Part shown: positions 24,758 to 37,846 of the stretch, piece by piece | Layout of the letters: each line of letters opens with the position of its first letter | Position numbering within the stretch: position 1 is the stretch's first letter | Assembly (NCBI RefSeq): GCF_018350175.1 | Contig: NC_058379.1 | Location: 38,378,001-38,442,000 of the forward strand | DNA: 64,000 nucleotides | Source of the DNA: Felis catus | Lineage: Eukaryota | Direction: 5' to 3' | Translations under genes and position numbers: made by a program | The notes under the pieces: model-generated | The model's input: the letters and a program-made list of their open reading frames with translations, nothing else | Databases searched by the model: none | What the model was told of the DNA's origin: nothing

Positions 24758-24950
24758 GGGGCACTTGGGTGGCTCAGTCGGTTGAGCATCTGACTTCAGC
24801 TCCAGTCATGATCTCACGGCTTGTGAGTTCAAACCCCACATGGGCTCACTGCTGTCAGCACAGAGCCCGTTTCAGATCCTCTGCCCCCCCTCTGTCCCTC
24901 CCACTCTCATGCTCCCTTTCTCAAAAATAAAATAAAACATTTAAAAAAAG
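24758..24950 (+). mobile_element. CAN-SINE
   Basis: Head, body and tail; TSD ATAAGAAGCYTG (24746-24757 / 24953-24964). Confidence 0.94.
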
Positions 24951-26199
24951 GAATAAGAAGCTTGAGGGAAGTCCCTGGTTCACCCAAGAGGAAGATGAAG
25001 CAAACTCGTGTGTCTGAGCCCAGGAGCACTCCCACCCCCACCCCCATGCTGTGGGCCCAGATCTGAGTCCCTGGTGGAGGCAGAGAGGGAGAGAGAACAT
25101 AAGGCTAGATGNNNNNNNNNNNNNNNNNNNNNNNNNNNNNNNNNNNNNNNNNNNNNNNNNNNNNNNNNNNNNNNNNNNNNNNNNNNNNNNNNNNNNNNNN
25201 NNNNNNNNNNNNNNNNNNNNNNNNNNNNNNNNNNNNNNNNNNNNNNNNNNNNNNNNNNNNNNNNNNNNNNNNNNNNNNNNNNNNNNNNNNNNNNNNNNNN
25301 NNNNNNNNNNNNNNNNNNNNNNNNNNNNNNNNNNNNNNNNNNNNNNNNNNNNNNNNNNNNNNNNNNNNNNNNNNNNNNNNNNNNNNNNNNAATAGGCTGG
25401 TCAAGCAGGTATGTAACAAGCATAGAATCAGACAAGTCAAGTGCAGCTCAAGTGAATGAATACACTCCTGTGCTTCTAACAAGTGAGTTCTGGCCATTCA
25501 CATAAGCAGTGGTATAACACTGTCTAGGTGGGGCTCAGAATTCCCTAGCGCCGTCTAATCCCGGGGTCTCTGGCCTGGGGCTCCAAGAGTCATTCCCACT
25601 TGAAACTGCAATCCAAAACTCACTTCTTCCACGTGACTTTTTTTTCCCTGACAAATTCCTATAGTGTCCATGCAGCTCTAAGTAAGCTCTGGCTTTTGTT
25701 CCTCTTCCCACCCTAGTGCTTCCAAGGTCAAATGCACATTCATAGTACATGTAGAAAATGATTCTTACCAGGTTGGTCTCAATTCCCTGAGAACTTCTAT
25801 TTCATAATGACTATTAGTATGAAAAAAATATTAATTAGCACAGGCCTGTTCTAGGAATAAATGACTTATTTAACTATTAATAGTAATTATTATTTTAAAT
25901 ATAATTTACACATACTTATGAAATTCAAGCTCTGTATCGTTCACTGACAAGTAGTAATGATAATATAAAACTCAAGTAACCTCAGTTCAGATGAGCAAAT
26001 AAATTTGACAGTAGAATGACTCTAATTAATGAATTTGCTAAAAGCCTTTCCCTATTAACGAGTCCTTAGTCAAAGGTGAGCTTAGAATTAGGATATAAAT
26101 TTTAGGTATACTGATAATACATGTGGACATGCGAAGGATTCAACCCAACAAATATGTGTTGCTTTGTATTCAGTACAACAAATTTGTATTCAACCCAAC

Positions 26200-27270
26200 A
26201 AATATGTATTGCTATGTGTTCGGTACTGAGGGAAAACATTGATGAATCAATCAGGGCCCCTGCTTCTGACGCTCTTAGCATCTGGGGAAGATGACCCGAC
26301 AATATTTGTGAAGCAAGAGCGAACAGGAGAGAGAGAGAAGTTGAAGATCCAAGGGAAATGAGGCAAACTTTGGCCGCAGGGGGTGGGCAGTGGAGAACAG
26401 AATTTGGGAAGAGGGATTGACCTTTATCTGAAGATGAAAGGGAAGAACGAAGTGTGGGCTTCATTCGACATAGGAAAGCGTCCATGCTCTTTACTTAGAA
26501 AGTAGGAGGCTTACACTTTGCTGAGGGTGAGAGGGTTGAAAGGGGGAGGGATGACTAGGGAGTTTGAGGAAAGTGGGAAAAGATGAACGTGGTAGTTGAC
26601 AAACACTAAGGAGTAGTTTCTCAGTGTTCAAGACCCAGCCAAGGCAGGGGAGCCAGGATCTGTGGTGACGCCAGTGGATAGGTTGAGGAATCTTTTCCGG
26701 CAGGACTGGGAATACCTAATATCTGGGTGTATTAGCAGACATTGTATGGAACAGATCCCTTGTTGGGAGATTCTTGGGAAGGGTAAGAGAGGAAGGGGGT
26801 ACCAAGGCATTGAGCGTGCTCCTGGACCGTGCTTGACCCCGTGTCGTGTCAGAGAGAAAGAAGGGCTTCAGGGGAACTAATAGAAGGGTATGGGAACTGG
26901 CGGCCTGTCTCCAGTGGAAGAACAGGTACCGTTGGTAGAATATAAGGGGTGAAGAGTTCTGTAGAGAAGCAGTTCTCAGCAATGACAAGCTCCTCGGTGT
27001 GACGCTGGGTGTAAGTAACAAGAGGGACGTGGGGGTGGAATACTCTGGATCCGAGGTACCGTGAGGTTAGGTTGTTTGCTGGACCGCCTACATGGATACC
27101 GAAGTCGGGAGCTGATGATAGCAGGACCGAGTGCAGGGGAAGTCTCCGGCTGTGCTGCTAAGAGGGCAGTGAGAGACATAGAGATGGGGAGACGGAGGTA
27201 AAATTAAGAGGAAGAGAGTGAGGAGGATAGCAGCACCTGACTCTGGGAGGTGAGAGTCTGTTCAAGGAAT
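26200..27270 (-). mobile_element. Ancient L2 LINE internal relic (includes an endonuclease-motif remnant)
   Basis: Minus strand near 27045-27126 gives, with one frameshift, PAII..DFGIHVGGPANNLTSRYL, resembling L2 EN IILGDFNIHVD..SN.LAS; purine-rich plus strand typical of antisense L2. Confidence 0.55.
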
Positions 27271-27280
27271 CCCCTATCTT

Positions 27281-27482
27281 GGGGCGTCTGGGTGGCTCAG
27301 TTGGTTAAGCATCCGATTTTGGCTCAGGTCATGATCTTGTGGTTCATGAGTTCGAGCCCTGCATCGGAGTCTGTGCTGATAGTGCAGAGCCTGCTTGGGA
27401 TTCTCTCTCTCTGCCCTTCCCTCACATGTGCGCGCTCTCTCTCTCTCTCTCTTAAAATGAATAAACTTAAAAAAGAAAAAAA
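27281..27482 (+). mobile_element. CAN-SINE
   Basis: GGGGCGTCTGGGTGGCTCAG head; degenerate TSD. Confidence 0.94.
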
Positions 27483-28509
27483 AGGTATCTCCTACCGTAA
27501 GAGAGGCAGGCGAAGGCTGCCTTTCATTATGAAATCAGGATCGCTTTTTCAGACTCCCTGGCAGATGGCATAACGTCATGTGACCAGGTTCTGCCAATCA
27601 GACACATCTGCCCAAGCTTGCGGCAGGAAGCTCAAGCTTATACCCAATGTACAGGAGCCCTTCTGGAAGGGGATGGCCGCCAAATCCCCATGTCCAGCTG
27701 CTAGTTGCACAGGTAGACGGAAGCCTCTAGGAGTGCCTGCTGCTGAATGGGCCAGCAGTGGATTTTCGACATACCAGTCCTGCAGAGCGGTTTGGGGCTT
27801 TGCTCCTGTTTGCAGAGCCTGTAAACATGGTTCTCCAACCTGGACCCTCACCCTATCCCTCTACACCATCCCCACTGTGGCTCTCTGGCCATCTGGCTAT
27901 CCCATGAGTGCATTCGTTTCTAGCCCCCACCAGCTGGCCGGTTTCCATGGCTTGGGACCCAGGGAATCCTGACTGATGCTGGGACACAGCCAGATGGAAA
28001 CCACCTCAAAGGAGAAAGGGTTTCCCCACAAAGGTGAGAGGGTGATGGTTTGGAAGTGGATTGGGCAGGTGGCAAATACTGCCTCTGCCTGACCTTGTCC
28101 TCTTATATCCTTTCCAGACTCTCATCCTGATAATGCTCTGTGCTTCCCAGAGAATGTCACCTTCCCCATAGCCCTCCGACGGAGAGGGTTCATGCCCCCA
28201 CCCTCCAGTTGTCTATCAGTGGGGTAGGGCTCATGTTCAGGTGCTGAGCAGGTGGTGCCTGGGGTTTCTAAGTTGGTTGGTTCCACATCAGATCTGACCT
28301 TATATCCAGAGGGTGTTGCCTATGACCACAGGAGTAGTTCTTCAGGTGCTATGCACGGAGGGTGTAGTTCGTCTCCTCTGCCCATCTGAACACCAGGGGA
28401 TGGATGCCAAATTCTTGTTGGACCAACCTGATTCAGGGATTCTTATACAGCAAGACCTGATGGGATCCCTGAACTTGGGACTTAAAATAGACAATAAAGG
28501 ACCAGGGAA

Positions 28510-28676
28510 GGGGCGCCTGGGTGGCTCAGTCGGTTAAGCGTCTGACTTCAGCTCAGGTCACAATCTCACAGTTCGTGAGTTCGAGCCCCACATCGGGCTG
28601 TGTGCTGACAGCTCAGAGCCTGGAGCCTGCTTCGGATTCTGTGTCGCCCTCTCTCTCTGCCCCTCCCCCACTCACG

Positions 28677-28720
<44 letters not shown>

Positions 28721-28740
28721 AATAAATAAACATTAAAAAA
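28510..28740 (+). mobile_element. Felid SINE with long (CT)n
   Basis: TSD AAAGGACCAGGG (28496-28507 / 28741-28752). Confidence 0.96.
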
Positions 28741-28773
28741 AAAGGACCAGGGTTAAGAAGACTTGACTTTCAT

Positions 28774-28893
28774 GGAGCACTTGGGTAGCTCAGTCAGTTA
28801 AGCGTCTGACTTGATTTTGGCTCAGGTCATGATCCCAGGGTTGTGGGATCTAACCCCACATTGGGCTCCGTGCTGAGCTTGGAGCTGCTTGGG

Positions 28894-28928
<35 letters not shown>

Positions 28929-29025
28929 CTCTCTCTCTCCACCCCTCCCCCCTGCACACCCTCTCTCTCTGTCTCTCTCTCTCCAAAAATAAAATTAATA
29001 CAATTAAATCTAATAAAAGAAGAAG
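28774..29025 (+). mobile_element. CAN-SINE (older subfamily), tandem with the previous copy
   Basis: TSD ACTTGACTTTCAT (28761-28773 / 29029-29041). Confidence 0.94.
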
Positions 29026-30365
29026 AAAACTTGACTTTCATTGCAGAATAGAGAAAACGGAGTTGACAGAGTCATTCATTACTTAAGCAGACATGTTAAG
29101 TAAAAATAGAAATAATAAGCAAGCATAGTGTTTTGTGTACCATTGTGGTTCTGGTGGGAACCACCCGAGCCATGAGTGAGTAGGGGGTATCTCAGCACCA
29201 GTTGTATTCAAATCTTTTTTTCTATTAAGTCACCTATAGAGTATTCCTTCCTGCATTTCATTCGGATCCATGCCAGTTAAATGAGACAATAATTATATGC
29301 CCATCATCCGACAGGCTCTGCTAAGTGTTGAGATATAGCACCGACTACAACATAGGTGCCGTTGAAGAGAACCCACAGTCTTTCTGGAGACACAGGCAAT
29401 TACATCAGGGAGAGCCAAGCAAGCATCTGCATTGGGAAGCATATGGGATGTGGGGGGGATGCACATCCAGCTGGCTGTTTCTCTGTGGCTCAGTAATACA
29501 CTCTGAAGGAAGTTATCAGTTGACTTCTCTGAAATTACTCAAAGTCCATATTTTAATACTATTTGTATCATTCTCTCAATGTCTCCTTTTGCTATTTTGC
29601 AGATCTATGCCAGAACAGAACCCAGAGCTGCTGAAGGTGTTTAGCAATGCAATTCGCTCCCGATGCAAAACGCTCCATTGATGTTTGCCACGAATGACTC
29701 CTTCAAAATGCCTTCTGGAAATACTTTTGCAACCAGGTGGGAGGGATTTTATAGTCTTTGCTGCACGCACGTTGGAGAAGTTCAGCCCTCTAATAACGCT
29801 GCCCTGGAGCGATTTCCCCGTCCTGGGTGAGGATTCCTCATTCCCCATCGTGGACTACCCGTCAGATCCTATAGCTGGGGTTAAGAGCCACCCCTTTATA
29901 TAAGACAAAATGCTACCTTGCCAGCTGTTGGCCGTTTCACTGATGTATCTTTATGGCATGTGGGTTTCAAAAGCGTTTGAACACTGGAACCTTTAAAAAT
30001 TTTATGTCTTTGCTCCCTCGACAGTCATCTCCTCTGTCCATTCCTTAAATAAAAACATTGTCCCCGATTTAGTGTTTGCTCCTCTGCCATCTCCCTCCCC
30101 ATCCCTTGGGAGTCTCGTCTGCAGAGACTCATGGGATGTTGGATTTGGGTGGGGACCTTGCAATCCACCACTGCAGTGGTTCTCCACTTCCTGTGCTATT
30201 CTCCATGCAACCCCTTCCTCAAAGCAAGTCTTGCAGAGTCCAATATATGATCCAGGCAGTGGGGGGCTTCTGGTTTTTTAGGGGGATCAGGGTCTAGACC
30301 CTGTTGGCTGCTTCTTTACACAGCCATGCAGCAGTCCCTACCTAATGCACTCAGTGTGTCCTAGC

Positions 30366-30537
30366 CAGTGCTTCTCAAAGTGGGTCCCACTGTGCTTGCC
30401 AGAAACTCAGACTTCTGCCTTCCGAAGCACCGCCACCCGCTACCCACCGAATCAGAGTCTCAGGAGGGATCCTGAAGATCTTCATTGGACGAAGCTCCTC
30501 AGCTGAGTCTCCTCTTCATAAAACTTGAGAACCACTG
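30366..30537. mobile_element. MER5A-type hAT MITE with terminal inverted repeats
   Basis: CAGTGCTTCTCAA ... TTGAGAACCACTG termini, 172 bp. Confidence 0.8.
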
Positions 30538-31034
30538 CCTTGTCCTCCAAAGGCAGAGTTTAAAACTGCTGTTGTGACACTGCCCCCTTATCTCACCAAG
30601 GAGGCTCTCAATCCCAATGCGACAGAGCCAGACCTTCAAACAGAGCATGTAGGAAGGTGCCCAGTTGACACTAGGCTCCCAGGGACCTCTTGCAGCTGCC
30701 TGCGGGGTCTTAGAGTCAACGGGCATTTCCCACTCCAGGATCCCGTGGCACTGGCCCTCTGTTCCTGCCACACCTGCCACCCAGGGATCGGTGGTGGTCT
30801 CCTGGAGGTCTGGAGCCCGGCCTTCGGACCTGAGCTTGTGCTTCTGACCCACGATTCTAGGGGACTCCCTGCTTCCCTTGGGCTTCCTGCTCAATGTCCT
30901 CTTCTCGGCACTGTCACCAATGTTAATCACAGACTCTCACCAATACCACATCCCGGTAGAAAAAGCCCTGACGGTCACTGCTGCGCTGATGCCTGTATTC
31001 TTGTCCTCATAACAGATGCAGTGAAGTACCCATT

Positions 31035-31165
31035 GTTGGTCTCCAGTCTTGGTTAAACATCAGCACCACCCAGGGAGCCTTTTAAAGATACCCACCGGGT
31101 CCTACCTAGAGATTCTTTCGTTGGCCTGAGATGAGCACTGAGCATTAGCATTGTTTTACAAAAGC
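31035..31165. mobile_element. MER5-type relic
   Basis: CATCAGCACCACCCAGGGAGCCTTTTAAAGATAC...AGAGATTCT. Confidence 0.5.
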
Positions 31166-31417
31166 TTTGCCACTGCCCACCTCCTTCCTCTGCTCCTCCC
31201 TCCCATAAACCTGAGTGGGAGCAAAGGTAGAGAAGCACTGTTCTACCTTTGCATAGAGTTAGTTAGGGGCACGTCTGTCTCCCTGGCAAGGCTGTGAGAC
31301 TTGCCACTGTACAAGCTGTATCCTCATCACCTTTGGATTGCGATTCTTCCTTCCTGATTGTATTTACTGACTGTATCGAGTGCCTACAGTATGCTAGATA
31401 TTAAAGGCACTATGCTG

Positions 31418-31819
31418 ATGGGCCTAGAGATATTTTGCTATGTGGAATAAGTCAGACAAAGACAAATACCCCACGGTCTCACTTATATGGAGAACCTACA
31501 GCACAAAACAAATGACCAAACATACAAAAGGAGAAACAGGCTCGTCCAGTGAACAAAGCGGTGGTTGCCAGAGGGGCAGGGTGAGACAGGTGATGGGGAT
31601 CAAGAGGTACAGCCTTCCGGTTGTAAAATAAACAAGTCGCAGGGATGAAAAGCACAACGCAGGGAATGCAGTCGATAGTATTGCAAGAAAGTTGTGTGAT
31701 GACAGAGGATGACTACATTTATCCTGGCAAGCAGAGTATAAAATTGTAGCATCACAGTTGCACCCCCGAAACAAACCCAACGCTGCATGTCAACCGTACT
31801 TTAATAAATAAATAAAAAA
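31418..31819 (+). mobile_element. L1 3' end (carnivore L1/L1MA9-like)
   Basis: AATAAGTCAGACAAAGACAAATAC...GGTTGCCAGAGGGG...GTCAACCGTACTTTAATAAATAAATAAAAA. Confidence 0.88.
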
Positions 31820-32214
31820 GAATCAGACTAGCATTCTAACTCATCTGCAATCCCAAAAGGTAGAAGAAACTAATATTCACAGATCACTGAGAGGAAAGGA
31901 CTGCGATCAAGAACTCATACCCAAATGAGACACCTGTCACCTGGGAAAATAAAAGAGGTCTATCTCTGGATACGTAGCCCAGTGTAGTCCCATCAGAAGA
32001 AGTATGGGCAAAGGTACACGCACAAAGACACTCTACTGATCTCATGCTTTTGCACAGAGATGACAGATAGACAGATAAGGAGACAGATATAATACATGAT
32101 TCTTACCATTACCATTTATCATATTTAAACTGTAATCTCCAGAAAGATCTGTGCCTAGCTTGAGCATACAACCCCACACTTGCAGCGCAATATCCTACCC
32201 CTTGAAAGGGAAGC

Positions 32215-32345
32215 AGTGGGGAGTGCAAAGCACACTTGCTTTGGCAACTGGCTGTCCTGGGTTCAAATTCAGTTCTGACGCCTCCCAGCTACATGGCTGA
32301 GCAAGTTCTTCAACCTCTTTCTGAACCTCAGTTTCTTCCGTCATT
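32215..32345 (+). mobile_element. MIR relic
   Basis: CCTGGGTTCAAATTC...CAAGTTCTTCAACCTCTTTCTGAACCTCAGTTTCTT. Confidence 0.8.
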
Positions 32346-32359
32346 CAAAATATCTCCTA

Positions 32360-32552
32360 GGGCGCCTGGGTGGCTCAGTCGGCTAAGTGTCCATCCAACT
32401 TTAGCTCAGGCCATGATCTCATGGTTCGTGAGTTCGAGCTGTCAGCTCAGAGCCTGGAGCCTGCTTCAGATTCTGTGGCTCCCTCTCTCTCTGCTCCTCC
32501 CCCGCTCGCACGCTGTCTCTCAAAAATAAATACAGGTTAAAAAAAATTTTTA
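32360..32552 (+). mobile_element. CAN-SINE with an internal ~20 bp deletion
   Basis: Body jumps from GAGTTCGAGC to TGTCAGCTCAGAG. Confidence 0.93.
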
Positions 32553-32845
32553 AATATTATCTCTCTGTGGAATTGTAAGAATTGCAGGTGGGCGAGAAGC
32601 TGGCCAGGTACTCCCAGTGAGTGCCCAATCAGAGTGAAGCTTTGTCTTCCCACCTGCAGAGAGCACTCCAGCCTTTCTGGGTATGTCCAGAGTTGTCTAG
32701 ATTGTGCTAGAGAAAGTCAGAGAGAAGGGAGGAGCTGCTTCTCTGCACATAGGATTGGGCAAAACACTAGCGATTTTGTTCAAGCCAAAAGAGAAAATTG
32801 TCGGAGTGTTTAAACCTGCTGCAGATTTAAGATTACCAGAAAAGA

Positions 32846-33078
32846 GGGGCGCCTGGGTGGCGCAGTCGGTTAAGCGTCCGACTTCAGCCAGGTCACGATC
32901 TCGCGGTCCCTGAGTTCGAGCCCCGCGTCGGGCTCTGGGCTGATGGCTCGGAGCCTGGAGCCTGTTTCCGATTCTGTGTCTCCCTCTCTCTCTGCCCCTC
33001 CCCCGTTCATGCTCTGTCTCTCTCTGTCCCAAAAAAATAAATAAAAACATGGAAGAAAAAATAATAATAATAAAAAAA
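32846..33078 (+). mobile_element. Young SINEC_Fc-type SINE
   Basis: Perfect 17-bp TSD AAGATTACCAGAAAAGA (32829-32845 / 33079-33095). Confidence 0.97.
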
Positions 33079-34739
33079 AAGATTACCAGAAAAGATCAGG
33101 TGGTAATGCTGTTCAAAAATATGGGAAAGAGAGCAGACAATCAGCAAAGGAAAAAAAAAAAATATGAAACAAGACAGGTTAGCCCAATTTGAGTAGCAAG
33201 TAAAAACAGGAGTAGGTTTTGGGAAGGAGAGGCAAATCCCGGCTGAGCCATTTGCTGGCTGCGTAGCTTTGGAGCAGCGTATGCCCGATGTTACTCGTTG
33301 ATTCAATCTTCAAAACTAGAAAGCACAATAAAAATGTTAGCTCTTTTAAATCCATTTTCTGAGAATGAGCAGAAACTTAAGAAATATACATCCAAATACT
33401 AATATTTGATCCCACGACGGCAAATTTTCTCTCCTGATATTAGTTCCACAGTTTTCCCGCTAGGTCTGAGCACGAGCAAAACTGTTCTGCATCGGACGTC
33501 ACGACTCGTTGAATCTGGGTCAGACAATGTAGCAGCGGCCTAATCTCTTCTTATAGCCCCCAATCTGAATAAGAGAGGAGCTTACAGATTTCCCAGAGGA
33601 AGACCTCTTGTTTTTAAATGGCTTCCGGCAAGCTGATGTCATTGGACTTCTGTAGGAAACACCATTTTTAAATATCATTTCTATTCCATTCTGGTGCTCA
33701 CGGACGTGGTTCATTGTTTAAGGGCTATGGTAAGAGTGACTTAGGTGCTATTTCGCCTCTATTTTCTCTCTCTTTCTTTCCTTCTTTCTTCCTACTTTTC
33801 TTTCTTTCTTTCCCCCAGTAAACTAAACTGCAGAGTAATATGGTCCTTCTTTTTCGAAAAGAAGTAAAGAGATTTTGCACATCTGCACCATTTTATGACA
33901 GAAGTAACCCGAAACCTATTTTTTTAAAGTACCATTATTACACTTTATCCCAAAGCCATTACATTGTTCCTTTTTAACCTGCCCTAAGCTAAAATGCAAA
34001 GCCATAGTCCTCATTCTCGACCCCCTGTAAGTCTGACTTTTTGAAAGCAAGGGTGGGAGCAGTTCTAAAGGCAAGGCGACCTCTGCAAATGACTCAAATG
34101 AGCACATCTAAGACAAAAAGTCCCCAGAGACCGGTGGTTTTTCCACAAGACAGCCCCACCACTTGCTGCTTTCGGACTTGGTTGAAATCAAGAAAGGGAC
34201 GTAATTATCATTATTTTCCAGTCAGAAAGTTAAAACCAGACGGTGACAAATCAATTCTCAAGGCATGCATTTTCACTCACGAAAGTGAGAAAAAAGAAAA
34301 AAAAAAGGAAAAGAAAAAAAATGAAGCCTGAGAATCCCTGTTGCTAGTCTTCAAAGTTAACACGCTGACCAACCTCCTAGTGTCGGAGATTGTCAAAATC
34401 TCCAATGCACTATTTTTCAAATGGAAACTGATGACCACCGGATGGCAAATCCACTGGGTGTGGTGAGGCCGTCAGACAGAGGTGGGCGGTGCTGAGGAGT
34501 TTAGCAAGGGTTATGAACAGCTCTATTAGCACGGGGATTGGATCCATGTGAAACTTAATACTTTAATGACTGAGCTGCTCGTGGGCTCTCTCTCTCTCTC
34601 TCTCTCGCTTTTTAATTCTCTGGGTCCCTAGAGAAAAATTTTCTACTCTCAATCAAATCTTCTTGAGCAGAGGAGAAAGCAAGGGTATAACTGAGTCAGG
34701 AAGAGCCAGGAAGAGCTTCCAAAGAGCGAATCTCTGGCT

Positions 34740-34900
34740 GGCAGCAGAGGGTGGCAGGTAAGTACTCAACTTCTAGAATCAGACTTCCCCATCCATGTAA
34801 CCTGACTGAGCTACTTACCTGATTTAAGTCTCGTTTTGGAAGGAGAGCATCCCATAAAACATTGACTATAGTGCTTGGCATGTAGTGAACTCTTATTAAT
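34740..34900 (+). mobile_element. MIR relic
   Basis: GGCAGGTAAGTACTCAACTTCT..CCCCATCCATGTAA...ATAGTGCTTGGCATGTAGTGAACTC. Confidence 0.6.
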
Positions 34901-36070
34901 TATGGGGAATTCTAATGATCTCTTCTTGTCAATGTTGAACAATTTGCATCGTGGATATCAAGCGGTCAGCACATTTTGGGTGAAAGCATGATATATGAAT
35001 GATGGTCTGAATGGTTCACTGTTGGAACTAGCCAATGAACTTACCATTATCACCAGAAGTTGCTGATATAGAAAAGCGATCTGAGTTTATAGGCACCTTT
35101 TCTGACCATATTCCCAAGCATCTTGATATGCATATGTGTGTTTCATCCATCGAGATTGGTGGCAAGTGCTACAGCATCCCAGGCTTTAAAAGATCTGGGA
35201 CCTAGAGAGAGATAGAATTTATAAATAGAATTTATCAGTATCCAAGGGACCCTCTAAAGAAAATGACCATGGTTTCCGCTGTGAAAATGATGCCAACAGT
35301 CATACCATCATGTAATGTCCAAGAGTGTAAGGATGTTTTCCAGTTGAATTAGAGCAGTTCCTGTGGTTTGCATAACCAGGGAGCAGTTGGCAGAAAGTAC
35401 AATAAACAGACAAGTACAATAAAACGCATTACGCACACAGTATGTGGTTGGGGGTGGGGGGAAGGTAAAGGAGGCAATTCTTCCCTGAAGGGATTGGAAA
35501 AGCGTTTCCGGAGTCCAGAAGTCTCGATGTGACTCTTGAAAGGTGCACGTTTGCCTGACAGTCGGGGCTGAGGAGGGAAAATACAGGGATTAGTCCAGAC
35601 ACAGAGAGATGCATAAGCAAAGATACGGAGGAAAGAGATAGCCCGACTTCTATGGGCATCTGCAATCCGTTGGGCTAAAATTTGACTGCAGCATAGGGTG
35701 TACATGTACATGAGGGAGCTGAGGCTTTAGCTTTCATTCCAACCCATTCATTTCCACTTGTCTTGCTCTACCAGCCGGGATTCTTGGTTACCTCCACCAG
35801 AACCCAACACCAGCTGTTTTAACAACAAAGTAGGTCGAAGTAGTTTCTAGTTAAACAAGGTAAATTGAATACATGTATTTACCTGGGCTCCCTACTGAGA
35901 TTCCACTAGAAGCACAGGAAAACAGTCAGGAATTTCCTTTTTTTTTTTAATAGCATAAATACAAAAAGACAATGAAAATGGGAAAGAGATAAAATCAAAT
36001 GCTTTTTGGAAACTGAAAAGAAAGTGGTTTCCTTTTAACAGACTTAGAAGACTTAAGGAAATGGACTTTC

Positions 36071-36094
36071 ATATATATATATATATATATATAT
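36071..36094. repeat. (AT)12 microsatellite
   Basis: Read directly. Confidence 0.95.
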
Positions 36095-36097
36095 GAA

Positions 36098-36320
36098 GAC
36101 TAACTTGTTCTGCGAGTCTTCCATAAGACGAGCAAGCATTTCTAATAAGTTTTATTTTGATAAACGAGCGATGTCTTCTAATAGGAGTAGTATGTGGCAT
36201 TGAATGTCATGTGATCACAACGGAGCCAATGGGTCTTGAAATTTGCTTTGATACACAAGTGCTTTTGGTTTACACGCATGTTTCTGGAACAAATTACACT
36301 TGCAAACCAAGGTTTTACCA
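36098..36320. mobile_element. Tc1/mariner (Tigger-type) MITE, one terminus preserved
   Basis: Ends TTGCAAACCAAGGTTTTACCA (reverse of a CAGTAAAACCTTGG-like TIR) abutting TA repeats; left TIR missing. Confidence 0.65.
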
Positions 36321-36409
36321 TATATATATATATATATATATGCATATATATATGCATATATATATATATGTACATATACACATATATATACATATACACA
36401 CACTATATA
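36321..36409. repeat. (TA)n/(CA) compound microsatellite
   Basis: Read directly. Confidence 0.93.
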
Positions 36410-37042
36410 CTTCTTCTCCACCCCAGAAGGACCAAAGGCTCAGGAATTGGTGGCACAGAGTAACCCTGGAAGTGACCTAGAGGTGGGGCTGGAAACAAAG
36501 ACTGGCTTGGAATCTGTTCAATAGTAACTGGACCTCCAAATCCTGGCCCTGTTCCAAAGGGTCAGACGGTTGGTCCCTCAGTGCCTCCTATGAGAAGAGT
36601 GGGTATTTGTTCTTTGGAGAAGGCAAAACAGGAATCTCTGGATTGGAGTCACAACAGGCACAGATGAGGGTAGGAAAGTACATTGAAAACAAGGAATCGA
36701 ATAAGGGTTTATATATTGAATGCTGGTAACACAGCCCTCTTCCTTTTATTAACTGTCCGAAGGCTTGTGTCTAGGCACATCCCCTCCAAGTAGAAGATGG
36801 AAAGTTGTAGCTGTCATTGTTGTTGATCATCTCAGAAGACAAGACTTGTTGATGCTACCATGGTAACACGATGGCCCGGATGGAACACCTTACAGTGAAA
36901 CCCACTACGGTCCATCCCCTCCCACTTGGGGCTTCCGCTTCCAACTCAGCTCTTCAATGCGCTACTCTAACCTATAGGAAGACAGCCTCTTACATCATAG
37001 ACCAGACCCTTGAGGAGAGCTTCAACATGAAGGTCAGAGACA

Positions 37043-37479
37043 CTTATGGGTTGAATCACTTGCCCCCCAAATTCATATATTGAGGTCTTATTCTAACTCA
37101 GTATCTCAGAGTGTGACCTTATTTGGAAATAAGGTGATAGCAGATGCAATTAATTAAGATGGACCCCTATCCAGTATGACTAATGACCTTATTAAAAGAA
37201 TGTCTTGTTAAAAGAAAGAGACATGCACAGAGGAAAGACCATGCAAACAAACATAGGGAGATGATGGGAATTTACAAGCCAAGGAGAGAGACCTAGAAGA
37301 GAACCTTCCCAGGCACCTGGGTGGCTCATTCGGGTAAGTGCCCAACTTCGGCTCAGGTTACGATCTCATGGTTCCTGAGTTCAAGCCCCGCATCGGTCTC
37401 TGTGCTGACAGCTCAGAGCCTGGAGCCTACTTCGGATTCTGTGTCTCCCTCTCTCTCTGCCCCTCCCCTACTCGTGCTT

Positions 37480-37516
<37 letters not shown>

Positions 37517-37682
37517 AATAAATTAACATTTAAAAAATAGTAATAATCTCCCACAAACTTCAGATGGAGCCAACTCCGTTGCTTTTGACTTCCAGACCCG
37601 AGAACTGTGAGACAATAGATTTCTGTTGTTTGAAGCCAGCTAATTTGTGGTGCTGTTACGGCAGCCCTGGTGAACTAATACA
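37043..37682 (+). mobile_element. MaLR solo LTR (MLT1A/B-like), split by a SINE
   Basis: TATGGGTTGAAT..CCCCCCAAATTCATAT...GTGTGACCTTATTTGGAAATAAGG ... AGAACTGTGAGACAATAGATTTCTGTTGTTTGAAGCC...AACTAATACA. Confidence 0.9.
37311..37540 (+). mobile_element. CAN-SINE inside the MLT1 LTR
   Basis: Head, body, (CT)n and tail. Confidence 0.94.
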
Positions 37683-37846
37683 GAAACAAAGACAAATAAT
37701 TAAGATGAGGAAAGGTGGGGGGAAAAAACCCCAAACAATTATACGCTAAGATTTAAAAAAATTAGAAAAACCCAACTCAGAGGGTTAATAGACGATATTC
37801 CCTCCATAAAACCAAAACAGTGTGCTCTTAAAGAAAGAACACTTGA

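Noticed and set aside
24980-25505. Long ORFs containing X runs (also at 39318 and 58942-59433)
   Set aside because: Artefacts of reading through N gaps.
29603-29736. Plus-strand segment with a good acceptor (TTTTGCAG) and CAG|GTGGGA donor
   Set aside because: All three frames closed, mediocre donor and no supporting context.
30499-31056. Overlapping 143-160 aa ORFs
   Set aside because: GC-rich sequence between MER5 relics; no coding signature or known domain.
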